Assembly: GCA_002269645.1 (NCBI GenBank)
Contig: NIVC01000235.1
Coordinates: forward strand, 1-63,247
Source of the DNA: Macrostomum lignano
Taxonomy: Eukaryota
DNA length: 63,247 nucleotides
Reading direction: 5' to 3'
Part shown: positions 47,958 to 60,627 of the stretch, one piece after another
Layout of the letters: each line of letters begins with the position of its first letter
Position numbering within the stretch: position 1 is the first letter of the stretch
Program-made: the position numbers and the translations under genes
Notes under the pieces: model-generated
Seen by the model: only the letters and a program-made list of their open reading frames with translations
What the model was told of the DNA's origin: nothing
Databases searched by the model: none

Positions 47958-48338
47958 CTCTGCAGTCCATGGAGCAGTGGTGGCTAAGGGAGAGGCTCTC
48001 TGCAGTCCATGGAGCAGTGGTGGCTAAGGGAGAGGCTCTCTGCAGTCCATGGAGCAGTGGTGGCTAAGGGAGAGGCTCTCTGCAGTCCATGGAGCAGTGG
48101 TGGCTAAGGGAGAGGCTCTCTGCAGTCCATGGAGCAGTGGTGGCTAAGGGAGAGGCTCTCTGCAGTCCATGGAGCAGTGGTGGCTAAGGGAGAGGCTCTC
48201 TGCAGTCTATGGAGCAGTGGTGGCTAAGGGAGAGGCTCTCTGCAGTCCATGGGGCAGTGGTGGCTAAGGGAGAGGCTCTCTGCAGTCCATGGAGCAGTGG
48301 TGGCTAAGGGAGAGGCTCTCTGCAGTCCATGGGGCAGT
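47958..48338. repeat. 40-bp minisatellite, about 9.5 units
   Basis: Unit TGCAGTCCATGGAGCAGTGGTGGCTAAGGGAGAGGCTCTC. Confidence 0.96.
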
Positions 48339-48441
48339 CGTTCTGGTAGTTCTGGAGTCTGGTCTGCGGTTCCAAGGAAGCATGTGCATGAAGCAACTAC
48401 ATGCAAGCCAACAAGAAGCCATATTCTTGGCCGCAGCTCAC

Positions 48442-48851
48442 TCTTCATCGTCTTCGTCAGCGTGGGTAAAGTCGATCCGCGGCACCGACTGCTTCCTGCC
48501 GTCAGCTGACGGGTTCCGCAGCACCGCGCAGCCACCGCCGCCGCCGCCGCTCTGCCGTCGGCCGAAGCTGAACCGACGCGGCTGATAATGTCGCTGATGA
48601 TGCTGATTTGAAGCCGGCGGCTGCTGCTGATAATGTCGCTGCGGAGTTCGCTGGATGAGCGGCTGCTCAGCTAGGTCGATGTCCACCTCGGCGGACTCCG
48701 CAATCGGCGAGGCGAAGGGCGACGCCGGCGGTCGGGACTGAGAGCGCAGCAGCATTCGGTGATGCGGCGGGCCTGACTGATGCAGCTCGAACTTGTCAGG
48801 CTGGAGCCTCCCGGAGCCCTGATATGCGGATTGAAGGGGCCGGTAGCCGGT
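48442..48851 (-). CDS. Putative exon of an unidentified gene (…MLLRSQSRPPASPFASP…RRFSFGRRQS…PRIDFTHADEDDE)
   Basis: Codon-biased open frame, GA|GTGAGC donor; acceptor or ATG (48755) uncertain. Confidence 0.5.
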
Positions 48852-49493
48852 CTTAACGAAATTTCTGGCTCAGTATTGAGTTAGTGCCGTCTCTCTTTGC
48901 ATTGTATTTATCTCGCGTCGGCGCTCAAACGAAGCGTCTCGCTGCTCCGCCCTCCGCCGCTTATGAGGTCTCAGAAAAAGTGTACGAGACGCGAAATTGT
49001 CCCTCGCCTCGCCTTGCCTTTTCCTGCCTTCCGCCCAAAAACTTTACCGGCCCGAGCGGGGTAACAGAGACGGCAGGCCGGGTGAAAAAGGATCCCCCCT
49101 TTTATTTCAAGGATGGCTGAGGACTTTCTGCTGTTGCCCCCGAGGCGGAGAGGAGGCGGGGGAAAACCGGAAAAGGAGAAGCCAGCCGGGAGAGGAAGAG
49201 TGAGAATAGGGGAGGAGGGCAAACTTCTCAGGACTGGCATCACCCCCCCCCCGCATCGGTGGTTTCGGTTGGTGGCTGGCCGCTCTGGCGTCTCCTGCTT
49301 TCCCGCCGGCCGAATCGAATTACACAGGAGGCCTCCGAGAGCTACGCGGCCTCTTCAAGCCGGACGCACGCAGTTATGGCGCCGCGGAGTTTCGCTTAAT
49401 ACTGTCGCCACTCGATTGCGCACACACTGGCAGCGGCGGCGCCCACATTGGGGATCTCACGGGGGCCCGCCACGAGTGATGAATTCTTGCCGG

Positions 49494-49626
49494 TCACCGC
49501 CGCCTCTCCATCCCACTTTCCAGCACTTCTGCTGCAGTGCAAAGCTGTCTGATGGCTGCGGCTAAGGTGCACTGCGGGACTGGGTAGAGCAGGATCAAGA
49601 GAGCGGAGAGGAGGATGTAGATGAGC
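49494..49626 (-). CDS. Putative exon with a hydrophobic segment (LIYILLSALLILLYPVPQC…)
   Basis: TTTCCCCAG acceptor, phase 2 matches the candidate exon at 50719-50771. Confidence 0.35.
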
Positions 49627-49728
49627 CTGGGGAAAGCATGATTTCTCATTATTTTCTTTGTCGTCTTTGGAAGCCACCTTCATGTCCCCATCGCAGCAGA
49701 GCCCCTGTGTCTTCTGGGTCTTTTGGCA

Positions 49729-50641
49729 CCTTTTCTGAGAACACCTTGGTCTTCTGGCACATTTTAAAGCACATCTTGTTCTTCTGGCACCTTTTATAGC
49801 GCACCTGTGTCTTCTGGCACCTTTTCTAGCACACCTGTGTCTTCTGGCACCTTTTCTAGCGCACCTGTGTCTTCTGGCACCTTTTCTAGCACACCTGTGT
49901 CTTCTGGCACCTTTTCTAGCACACCTGTGTCTTCTGGCACCTTTTCTAGCACACCTGTGTCTTCTGGCACCTTTTCTAGCACACCTGTGTCTTCTGGCAC
50001 CTTTTCTAGCGCACCTGTGTCTTCTGGAACCTTTTCTAGCGCACCTGTGTCTTCTGGCACCTTTTCTAGCGCACCTGTGTCTTCTGGCACCTTTTCTAGC
50101 ACACCTGTGTCTTCTGGAACCTTTTCTAGCGCACCTGTGTCTTCTGGCACCTTTTCTAGCACACCTGTGTCTTCTGGCACCTTTTCTAGCGCACCTGTGT
50201 CTTCTGGCACCTTTTCTAGCGCACCTGTGTCTTCTGGCACCTTTTCTAACACACCTGTGTCTTCTGGCACCTTTTCTAGCGCACCTGTGTCTTCTGGCAC
50301 CTTTTCTAGCGCACCTGTGTCTTCTGGCACCTTTTCTAGCGCACCTGTGTCTTCTGGCACCTTTTCTAACACACCTGTGTCTTCTGGCACCTTTTCTAGC
50401 GCACCTGTGTCTTCTGGCACCTTTTCTAGCACACCTGTGTCTTCTGGCACCTTTTCTAGCACACCTTGGTCTTCTGGCACCTTTTCTAAGCACCCGTTGG
50501 TCCTCCGGCACCTCTTCAAGCGCCCCTAAGTCTTCTGGCACCTTTTTTTAGCGCCTCTGAGTCTTCTGGAAACTTTTCTACCACACCTTGGTCCTCTGGC
50601 ACCTTTTCTAGCGCACCTGTGTCTTGTGGCACCTTTTCTAG
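49729..50641. repeat. 30-bp minisatellite, about 30 units with decayed edges
   Basis: Unit RCACCTGTGTCTTCTGGCACCTTTTCTAGC. Confidence 0.96.
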
Positions 50642-50718
50642 CGGCTTTCAGCATGCTCTGCTGTGCCCCGCCCGCTCCCTTACAGCGCTTCCTTCTTCCT
50701 GACGCAGGACCGACTCAC

Positions 50719-50771
50719 AGTCCGCGGCCCTTGCAGCGACCAGGGCAAGAGAACTTTGAACTCAGCTTCTC
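50719..50771 (-). CDS. Putative small exon (EKLSSKFSCPGRCKGRGL)
   Basis: CTTCCAG acceptor, CT|GTGAGT donor. Confidence 0.3.
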
Positions 50772-51091
50772 CTGGAAGCAATAATTTTTCCTGACTTGGA
50801 AATGCAAATGATGTTGTGCTTTTTTCTTGTTGATACGGGACTGCCAGGCTCCCTGAGCTGTCGATTAAAATCAGAAAGTGAAGATCTCAAGCTTCAGCAT
50901 AGTAGCTTCATCTCTAGCTTCTCAGTCGCTCAGTGCTGGAGTGTTTTTTCAAGGACTTGCTGAATTGAGGAAGTTCCTGCCCTGGTTATAATGGCACTGA
51001 GGTCACTTTTGGCTGCATCGTTCATTAATTATTCAGAGATAAAATTTCAGGTATAATACTGACCCCAGAATTCATGACATTCAATGAAGAC

Positions 51092-51510
51092 TGACTCATT
51101 TGGTGACATCTGACTACTATTCGGTAACGCCTGACTAATTTGGTGTCACCTGACTCATTTGGTGACATCTGACTCATTTGGTGACACCTGACTCATTTGG
51201 TGCCACCTGACTCATTTGGTGACATCTGACTCATTTGGTGACACCTGACTCATTTGGTGACACCTGACTCATTTGGTGACACCTGACTCATTTGGTGACA
51301 CCTGACTCATTTGGTGACACCTGACTCATTTGCTGACACCTGACTCATTTGGTGACACCTGACTCATTTGGTGACACCTGACTCATTTGGTGACACCTGA
51401 CTCATTTGGTGACACCTGACTCATTTGGTGACACCTGACTCATTTGGTGACACCTGACTCATTTGCTGACACCAGACTCATTTGCTGACACCTGACTCAT
51501 TTGCTGACAC
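51092..51510. repeat. 19-bp minisatellite, about 21 units
   Basis: Unit GTGACACCTGACTCATTTG. Confidence 0.94.
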
Positions 51511-51831
51511 CTTACTTCTTTGTCTGAATTAGATGAATGACCATCAAAAATTACTTTGTGTCGTTCTACAAATAATTTGTACATGTTCAATTTCCTACTA
51601 TAAGTACTATTCTCTAAATAGCAATCAAATCCACTTCTACTTATTTCCCTACGCTGCAAAACCGATGGAGTAAAATTCACCATGACTGCCGATGAGGTAC
51701 ATTTTCATGAAAAAACAGGCAGATATTGACCAAAACGCTAAATCAAAGAAACTTTCTGAGGTGATCTCCATAAAAATATGATATGAATAGTAAGGCTGAT
51801 CAAGATGTCGGTTGCCATGGGACTTGGTCTT

Positions 51832-52452
51832 GGTCAGCAGGTCATGTGCTGGAATGAATTGGTCATGTGTTGGAATCAGTAGGTCATGTGTTGGAATCAG
51901 CAGGTCATGTGTTGGAATCAGTAGGTCATGTGTTGGAATCAGCAGGTCATGTGTTGGAATCAGCAGGTTATGTGTTAGAATCAGCAGGTCATGCGTTGGA
52001 ATCAGCAGGTCATGTGTTGGAATCAGCAGGTCATGTGTTGGAATCAGCAGGTCATGTGTTGGAATCAGCAGGTCATGTGTTGGAATCAGCAGGTCATGTG
52101 TTGGAATCAGCAGGTTATGTGTTGGAATCAGTAGGTCATGTGTTGGAATCAGCAGGTCATGTGTTGGAATCAGCAGGTCATGTGTTGGAATCAGCAGGTC
52201 ATGTGTTGGAATCAGCAGGTCATGTGTTGGAATCAGCAGGTCATGTATTGGAATCAGTAGGTCATGTGTTGGAATCAGCAGGTCATGTGTTGGAATCAGC
52301 AGGTCATGCGTTGGAATCAGCAGGTCATGTGTTGGAATCAGCAGGTCATGTGTTGGAATCAGCAGGTCATGTGTTGGAATCAGTAGGTCATGTGTTGGAA
52401 TCAGCAGGTCATGTGTTGGAATCAGCAGGTCATGTGTTGGAATCAGTAGGTC
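51832..52452. repeat. 21-bp minisatellite family C, array 1
   Basis: Unit TGTGTTGGAATCAGYAGGTCA. Confidence 0.96.
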
Positions 52453-53307
52453 GTGTGCTGAGTCGGACAGCCAGCTGAGTCGGACAGCCAGCTGAGTCGG
52501 ACACCTAGAGCAATACAGCGAGATTTTGAGGCAGATTTTCACGAAATCTGATAGAAAAGGGATGAAGGTAAAGCCGGCTAGGATGCTGCGAGTCCCGTGG
52601 CGAGCCAGGCTGCTTTGCGCTGTGGATGAGGAGAATTTCAGGATAAAAATTTTTCCCTTAGAAAACTTTGAGTTCTCAGCGGCCCTACAGCCAAGAGAGA
52701 CTCACATTGTTGCATAATTCATGGTCTGGTGGTTTGCCGGGACGATGCCGGGAGCGAGCGGCTCTTGAGCTTGAGCAGGGACCGACCAGGCCGCTCTAGT
52801 ATGCCATTGTGGCTAGGGGGTGAGACTGAGAACTCAGGAAGCTCTCGAACAGTGACTGAATGCATGCATGAGGCTATAACTGATGCAGCGTCTCGGACTG
52901 CTGAGCACACGCAGAAACGGGAGTTGAGGATTCCTGATAGGCTGGCATGAACTCAGCTTTATCAGTGCATCAATAGCATCCGTATGAAGGCCTAAGTAGA
53001 GTGCTGGCGTCACTTCTGCCCGTTGGAAACGCACACAATCGCACCAACCGTGAGTTGCCGTTACTTCCGTTCCTTTTAGAAGAGGCCCAAGAAGAAGGCA
53101 ATAATATAATCCCGGACGGAGTTCTCAGCAGCGCCATGGAGAAGCTGAGCCGGGCCAAGACAGGAAATAATTTGAGGAGCCTCCAGTTTGGTGCAGATCT
53201 GGCCGCCAGAACCACGCTTCATCCGTTTCCAGCATCCAGGTAAGATAAGGGCTGCTCGTGTTAAAGTGCACTTCGATGGTTAACAATAATTTGTGTAGGC
53301 ATTGAGG

Positions 53308-53432
53308 CCGGTGAGAAGATATCTTGTCTGAGCAGGGGCGGTCTCATAGCCGGTGAGAAGACATCTTGCCTGAGCAGTCGCGGTCTCACAGCCGGTGAGA
53401 AGACATCTTGCCTGAGCAGTCGCGGTCTCACA
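53308..53432. repeat. 42-bp tandem repeat, 3 units
   Basis: Unit GCCGGTGAGAAGACATCTTGCCTGAGCAGTCGCGGTCTCACA. Confidence 0.88.
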
Positions 53433-53877
53433 GAGTGCATTTTTTCGCAAAACAGACAAGATCAAAATATTCAAAGCAAGAGTGCGCCTCAGAGGCAGCT
53501 TCTCCGCTTCGCTCTACTCAATGCTGCTCAGTTCTCTTCATCTCTAGCTCAATAGTGCCTGTCTGGGGTTTTGGCTACACCTGAGCTGCCCCCCTCACCG
53601 TCTCCAGCCCCCGCTCGCGCCTACTCTACAGTAAAACAGTCACACCGAGTGATATATTAGACAAAAGTCTGCTTGGCAGTCTCAGAGAGTTCACGCAAAC
53701 TGGTCCAGACACCGCTGCGGTGCGCTCGGAGAAAATACCAGTCTAGAGGAGAGATAAAATAATTTTTATTCGACCATAAATGTCCCGCAAGAGTATTACC
53801 ACTGGGTTAATGTGTTAGCTTTATTCTATACTCGAAATTTACAGCATAATAATTGAGACTGACAGTGAAATTCAGCC

Positions 53878-56800
53878 ATGGCAACTCAAAATTGCAGCTC
53901 GCGCAGGTCAGCGGACTGGAGCGCCGCGGCGGCTCGCCGACCAGACAGCGGCTTGCTCATGAGGAGCGTGGAAGTCCAGGTGAGTACGTGCTATTATGAG
54001 TACATGCAGTTTTCAACGAATCACTACTCCGTGGATTTTCAATCTAACACTGCCTACCTATTTACCCATCAAATTTGTCAACGCTACAGAGAAATTATTG
54101 GGTAAGCCGGCTGTGTAAGTCTTCTGCCTCTAGGAGAAGGCATCTCTGCAGCTTTGCTGAAAGTGGATGTCCTGTAGAATTTAATTCTATCAGCCTTTAG
54201 ACTTGTCTTCCTTGTGCTATTACCGCTTTGTTACCGTTTTGTTTTGTCATTTTGTTCCTTTTGAATTGTAAATTTAAAATGTCCTTCACGGAGTCTCACT
54301 GTCTCTCATGGAGTCTCACTGTCTCTCATGGAGTCTCATTGTCTCTCATGGAGTCTCACTGTCTCTCATGGAGTCTCACTGTCTCTCATGGAGTCTCACT
54401 GTCTCTCATGGAGTCTCATTGTCTCTCATGGAGTCTCACTGTCTCTCATGGAGTCTCACTGTCTCTCATGGAGTCTCACTGTCTCTCATGGAGTCTCATT
54501 GTCTCTCATGGAGTCTCACTGTCTCTCATGGAGTCTCACTGTCTCTCATGGAGTCTCACTGTCTCTCATGGAGTCTCATTGTCTCTCATGGAGTCTCACT
54601 GTCTCTCATGGAGTCTCATTGTCTCTCATGGAGTCTCACTGTCTCTCATGGAGTCTCACTGTCTCTCATGGAGTCTCACTGTCTCTCAAGGAGTCTCACT
54701 GTCTCTTATGGAGTCTCACTGTCTCTCATAGACTCTCACCGTCTCTCATAGAGTCTCACTGTCTCTCATAGAGTCTCACTGTCTCTCATGGAGTCTCACT
54801 GTCTCTCATGGAGTCTCACTGTCTCTCATGGAGTCTCACTGTCTCTCATGGAGTCTCATCATCGAGTCTCAGTAGCTTACAGGAATCCTTCCCGACCCCG
54901 CAGACGGACTCCCCAAGTCACGCATTCGGTGAGTACCAGGACGCCTACGAGGTGCTGGCCGACAGGGGCGGCGGCGGTCACTCCAGCTGCTACCCCGACG
55001 ACGGGTCGGAGACGGCAGCGAACGCCTGGCAGGCGGCCTACTCGACTAGCCAGCAGCTGCCCGGATACCACGGACTGCCCGTGACACAGCCCGTTCGCTT
55101 CCTGAACCCCTACGGCAAGACTGTCACGCTGGGGCCGCTGCCAGCCTCCGTCCCGGCCGCGCCCAAGGACGGCAGTCAGGCGGCTTTTTATCGCGCCGGC
55201 CGAGTCGGCAGCAACTGGCGTCACGTGACCCAGTGCACCGGCAACCTTGGCAACCACATGGTCTATATTAACGGTGAGGAATGGGACGCGTCCTGAATGG
55301 TCAAGAAAATGAAGATAGATGGCTGGAAAAGTCAGGGAGTGTGGAAAGGCGGTGTGGGTGGATGGAAAAGTCAGAGGTGGAGAAAGGCGGTGTGGAGTGG
55401 CTGGAAAAGTCAGGGAGTGGGAAAAGGCGGTGTGGGGTGGCTGGAAAAGTCAGGGAGTGGGAAAAGGCGGTGTGGGGTGGATGGAAAAGTCAGGGGTGGA
55501 GAAAGGCGGTGTGGAGTGGATGGAAAAGTCAGAGGTGGAGAAAGGCGGTGTGGAGTGGCTGGAAAAGTCAGGGAGTGGGAAAAGGCGGTGTGGGGTGGCT
55601 GGAAAAGTCAGGGAGTGGGAAAAGGCGGTGTGGGGTGGATGGAAAAGTCAGGGAGTGTGGAAAGGCGGTGTGGGGTGGCTGGAAAAGTCAGGGAGTGTGG
55701 AAAGGCGATGTGGGGTGGATGGAAAAGTCTGGGAGTGTGGAAAGGCGCTGTGGGGTGGCTTGAAATTCCCGACGGCGCTTATCTCGACGATCAACAAATC
55801 ACCGCCCGCAGCCGGAGTGACGTCAGACTGTCAGCGCTTTCCGTCGCACGGCCTTTCGCCCAGCTGCAGCCTCGGCGCGCAGGCAGTGCCGGCCGCCGGT
55901 CTCCGGCCGCAGGCGACCCCGCGGCGGCCGGCCACGGGGCTGCAGCAGCAGCGAAGCTCGAAGGCGCTGCAGCGCGCCCGAGCCGGCAACAAGTACTGGT
56001 TCGAGGACAAGCGACCTCCCACCTGTGAGTAATCAAGCCCAGAGACTGCCAGGGTTCACTGTTCACTGCGGTCGGACGTCACCAGTTGCACAGATTCTTC
56101 GGATGAGTTCAATTGAGTAGTTGAACTATTTAGCAATGCATGTAACAGTAGGAATACCAAGCCATTTTCCGCCCGTCGAACTACTAAGAGAAATTCGCAT
56201 CAGGATGTTCATAGTCCCCTGGTGCCACCTGTTGAAGGTCCAGAAGCTCCGCCTGTGTGAAGGCCAGTGACCAAGTCATAGCTGATGCAGACACATGTTG
56301 TCGATGTGTTGATGAAATTTGGAGGCTTGGCAAGGCTGCACTGAGGTGCAGTGCTGATTGGCGCACAGGGGTGTACTGAAATGCACCGACTTTATGTCAG
56401 AATCGTCGAATATCTCGACGGTCCGGTAGGCTGGCGACTTGATTCTTGTTTGAGAAGGCGCGCAACAAAAAGTTAGCCCGTGTTCTTGAATTTCGTGTGC
56501 CTGCGTTGCTCCACTCCGGCGCAGCAAAAAATTGTCAGGGGGATTTCCCCCCCCCCTCAATTGTTCTTCTTCATAATCAGTCATGCGAATGATATTGCAA
56601 ATCGTTTGAATACCGTAAAATATGTTAGCGCTGTGAATGATGCGAATAATGTAAATATTTTGAATGCTGTGAATAGTGTGAATGCTGTGAATAGTGTGAC
56701 TGCTGTGAATAGTGTGACTGCTGTGAATAGTGTGACTGCTGTGAATAGTGTGACTGCTGTGAATAGTGTGACTGCTGTGAATAGTGTGAATGCTGTGAAT

Positions 56801-57217
56801 AGTGTGACCTGCTGTGAATAGTGTGAATGCTGTGAATAGTGTGAATGCTGTGAATAGTGTGAATGCTGTGAATAGTGTGAATGCTGTGAATAGTGTGAAT
56901 GCTGTGAATAGTGTGAATGCTGTGAATAGTGTGAATGCTGTGAATAGTGTGAATGCTGTGAATAGTGTGAATGCTGTGAATAGTGTGAATGCTGTGAATA
57001 GTGTGAATGCTGTGAATAGTGTGAATGCTGTGAATAGTGTGACTGTTGTGAATAGTGCTAGTTGTGTACATTCGCAAGGCTGATTATTTGCATTGGAAAC
57101 ACAGCCTGACTTAAATTATCTGCCTCTGTTGCGCCAGCGACCTCCTGGAAGTGCACCTTCGGCAGCCGCGGCTCCTGCCTGGGAGTTGCCGGCACCGCCA
57201 TCTCGGGTGGATTCTGA
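53878..57217 (+). CDS. Uncharacterised protein, 4-exon model (261 aa); 5' structure uncertain
   Basis: Exons 53878-53979, 54883-55273, 55812-56024, 57138-57217; GT-AG, phases 0,1,1 consistent; …NWRHVTQCTGNLGNHMVYIN|AGVTSDCQRFPSH…GNKYWFEDKRPPT|STSWKCTFGSRG…SGGF*; no domain recognised. Confidence 0.55.
54290..54859. repeat. 20-bp minisatellite, about 28 units, intronic
   Basis: Unit GGAGTCTCAYTGTCTCTCAT. Confidence 0.96.
55319..55760. repeat. G-rich 38-40-bp minisatellite, about 11 units, intronic
   Basis: Unit GGCTGGAAAAGTCAGGGAGTGGGAAAAGGCGGTGTGGGGT. Confidence 0.93.
56660..57058. repeat. 18-bp minisatellite, about 22 units
   Basis: Unit TGCTGTGAATAGTGTGAA. Confidence 0.95.
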
Positions 57218-57479
57218 GTGCGCTGGTAAAATGCTGGCTTCATCATAAATATTATGCTGCTTTATCGGACTCAGCACCAGTCACCAATGCGTACTCACTG
57301 ATTTTACCTGGGAATTTTATTTGCCTTCGTCCATTGTAGCGCGCGTCATTACTATGCATGAGCTTGTTAATTATGAAACAGTACTGTGACAATACTTAAG
57401 TATAGAGATTGTGATTTCTACACTTCTGTAGGGCTTAAATACATAAAATATGAGGTATCCTGACCCATTGGGTATACTC

Positions 57480-57785
57480 AGAGTGACATACCCAGTGTGA
57501 CATACCAAGAGTGACATACCCAGTGTGACATACCCAGTGTGACATACCCAGTGTGACATACCCAGTGTGACATACCCAAGTTGACATACCCATTGTGACA
57601 TACCCAGTGTGACATACCCAGTGTGACATACCCAGTGTGACATACGCAATGTGACAAACTCAATATGACATACCCTAATGTTGCATAAGCAGTGTGATAT
57701 ACCCAGTGTGACATACCCAGTGTGATATACCCAGTGTGACATACCCAGTGTGATATACCCAGTGTGACATACCTTAGTGTGACGT
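57480..57785. repeat. 14-bp minisatellite, about 21 units
   Basis: Unit CCCAGTGTGACATA. Confidence 0.92.
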
Positions 57786-59257
57786 AAGCCTTTTCAAAAT
57801 TTCAATATGCATTGCTAGTGCGAATATTTTTAGAATTTTCATTGCATATTTTGTTTTTTTCTTGTCCTTTAGAAACCCCATCACTTTTCTAGTGCACACC
57901 ATGGACAGCTAAACTTTAAAGTACAAGGACGCTACAGTCTCAAGCCGTGCAGATTTTGCTGGAGGCCGCCGGGTTTCGCTGCAAAACGCACTGGTTGGAA
58001 GTTTCCAGATTATTTTAGCACTGTAATCCCAATATCTCAGGTTTGGCCATAGACAATTCAATCGAGAAAACTTAAAGAACTTTGCGTGCTTGCCGGTCTC
58101 CGGTAGCAATTCATGAAAAATAGTTTCATAAATTTGTGATTGCACATTGGAAAGAGTACATATTTGCTTCATTTTTAGTTCGGAACCGGAAGTCCAGAAG
58201 TTGAGATATTGGGAGTTTAGTGCTCAAAAACTGGAAAGCTCCTGTCTCGTTAATTTACACGAGTTTCGAGTGCAGTAACCTGCTGTAGAAGTAATCGGCC
58301 ATGTTTCACACTAGTACACCTTAATCATACCTGTAGTAACCTCCATAGAATTTGTTTACGCATTTCGTCCTCTTGTCTGCACTTCTACCCTGTCTACACA
58401 CTGCCCATGTCTGTTCAACTTGGCTAACCCTTGCTTATCTAATCTAACCTTGCCTCATTCTGATTGGCTCTCACTTCGTCTCTCTCTCTCTCTCTGTGAC
58501 ATTTTTCCATTTCTCTCTCTTTACAACCTTCTGACTGAGGCCAATGCTGCATTCTTATCAACACCGCCACCCCTCCCTCAATTAAAACTGTTATAATCAG
58601 ACATCACATTACAATCCTTAATTATGGTTTTCGCAATTATCAAACATTATTTGTAATCAGTTCAAAAATGCCTATTATTAATATTATACAGTTAAAATAT
58701 CGATAATAATTTTATAAAGTGTACTTTTCCGCATTCCAGTGACCCCCAGCACCATCCAGGGCCGCATCATGAAGTCCGGTTCCGCCTACTGAGGCTGTCA
58801 ACCTGAAGCTGGCCCCTGAAGTTGGCCTGAAGTGCAAAAATGCACTTACTGATGACTCTTTATAGCAAAACAACTACATGTACCTTTACACTCGGCTTGC
58901 TAAGTTGTCACTATTTGTTTCTAATCTAAATCTTAAATTAAAAGTACTTGCTGTAGTTTGCGGAATGCTGCTATTGAAAACTGTTTCACTGGAACTATTT
59001 GCTTTGAAGCAAGTCAATAAGAAAGAGTGCCACTTTTAACCACAGATTTACTTGTTGATGCCGGATTTTACTGATGCTCTGCATGTCATGGCTGCATTCC
59101 AGAAGCTTTCGATTATATACTGCTGTTTCTGATAGCTGCATCAGCAGTTTTCTTCTGATTGGATTGCACCGATTCAAATTTCACTCCTCAGCATCTTGTC
59201 TCATTATCTTTCTTTCTGGGATGCATGTATTTTGTATATTAAGTGTTGGAATTATTA

Positions 59258-60432
59258 GATCATGTGTTGGAATCAGTAGGTCACGTGTTGGAATCAGCAG
59301 GTCACGTGTTGGAATCAGCAGATCATGTGTTGGAATCAGTAGGTCATGTGTTGGAATCAGTAGGTCATGTGTTGGAATCAGTAGGTCATGTGTTGGAATC
59401 AGTAGGTCACGTGTTGGAATCAGCAGGTCATGTGTTGGAATCAGTAGGTCATGTGTTGGAATCAGTAGGTCATGTGTTGGAATCAGCAGGTCATGTGTTG
59501 GAATCAGTAGGTCACGTGTTGGAATCAGCAGGTCATGTGTTGGAATCAGTAGGTCATGTGTTGGAATCAGCATGTCATGTGTTGGAATCAGCAGATCATG
59601 TGTTGGAATCAGTAGGTCACGTGTTGGAATCAGCAGGTCACGTGTTGGAATCAGCAGATCATGTGTTGGAATCAGTAGGTCATGTGTTGGAATCAGTAGG
59701 TCATGTGTTGGAATCAGTAGGTCATGTGTTGGAATCAGTAGGTCACGTGTTGGAATCAGCAGGTCATGTGTTGGAATCAGTAGGTCATGTGTTGGAATCA
59801 GCATGTCATGTGTTGGAATCAGCAGATCATGTGTTGGAATCAGTAGGTCATGTGTTGGAATCAGTAGGTCATGTGTTGGAATCAGTAGGTCATGTGTTGG
59901 AATCAGCAGGTCATGTGTTGGAATCAGTAAGTCATGTGTTGGAATCAGCAGGTCATGCGTTGGAATCAGTAGGTCATGTGTTGGAATCAGTAGGTCATGT
60001 GTTGGAATCAGCAGGTCATGTGTTGGAATCAGTAGGTCATGTGTTTGGAATCAGTAGGTCATGTGTTGGAATCAGTAGGTCATGTGTTGGAATCAGTAGG
60101 TCATGTGTTGGAATCAGCAGGTCACGTGTTGGAATCAGCAGGTCATGTGTTGGAATCAGTAGGTCATGTGTTGGAATCAGTAGGTCATGTGTTGGAATCA
60201 GTAGGTCATGTGTTGGAATCAGTAGGTCATGTGTTTGGAATCAGTAGGTCATGTGTTGGAATCAGTAGGTCATGTGTTGGAATCAGCAGGTCATGTGTTG
60301 GAATCAGTAGGTCATGTGTTGGAATCAGCAGGTCATGCGTTGGAATCAGTAGGTCATGTGTTGGAATCAGCAGGTCATATGTTGGAATCAGCAGGTCATG
60401 TGTTGGAATCAGTAGGTCATGTGTTGGAATCA
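59258..60432. repeat. 21-bp minisatellite family C, array 2
   Basis: Same unit and orientation as 51832-52452. Confidence 0.96.
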
Positions 60433-60627
60433 TGCTGAATTAAGCAGATTCGGACAGCCAGCAGCCCACAACGCACTGTTTGCTTATTCTTCTTCCTTGT
60501 CAGGATCACTGAACACAGCGGAGGAAGTTCCGAGCTCTGTTGGTGTATTTTCCTAAATCACAAACATTTGAGTTCGACCATTTCACAGCGGTTTATTCAA
60601 TATCTGTTCATAGATTGTCGAAGCCGA

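Noticed and set aside
49396-50541. 381-aa K/R-rich repeat protein (adhesive-like)
   Set aside because: Three frames are open simply because the 30-bp unit lacks stops; the array is better explained as an intron
56184-56584. Minus-strand ORFs inside the 56025-57137 intron
   Set aside because: No motif or consistent splice signals
59074-60443. ORFs of VGISRSC / VLESVGH / IPTHDLL repeats
   Set aside because: Translations of the 21-bp satellite
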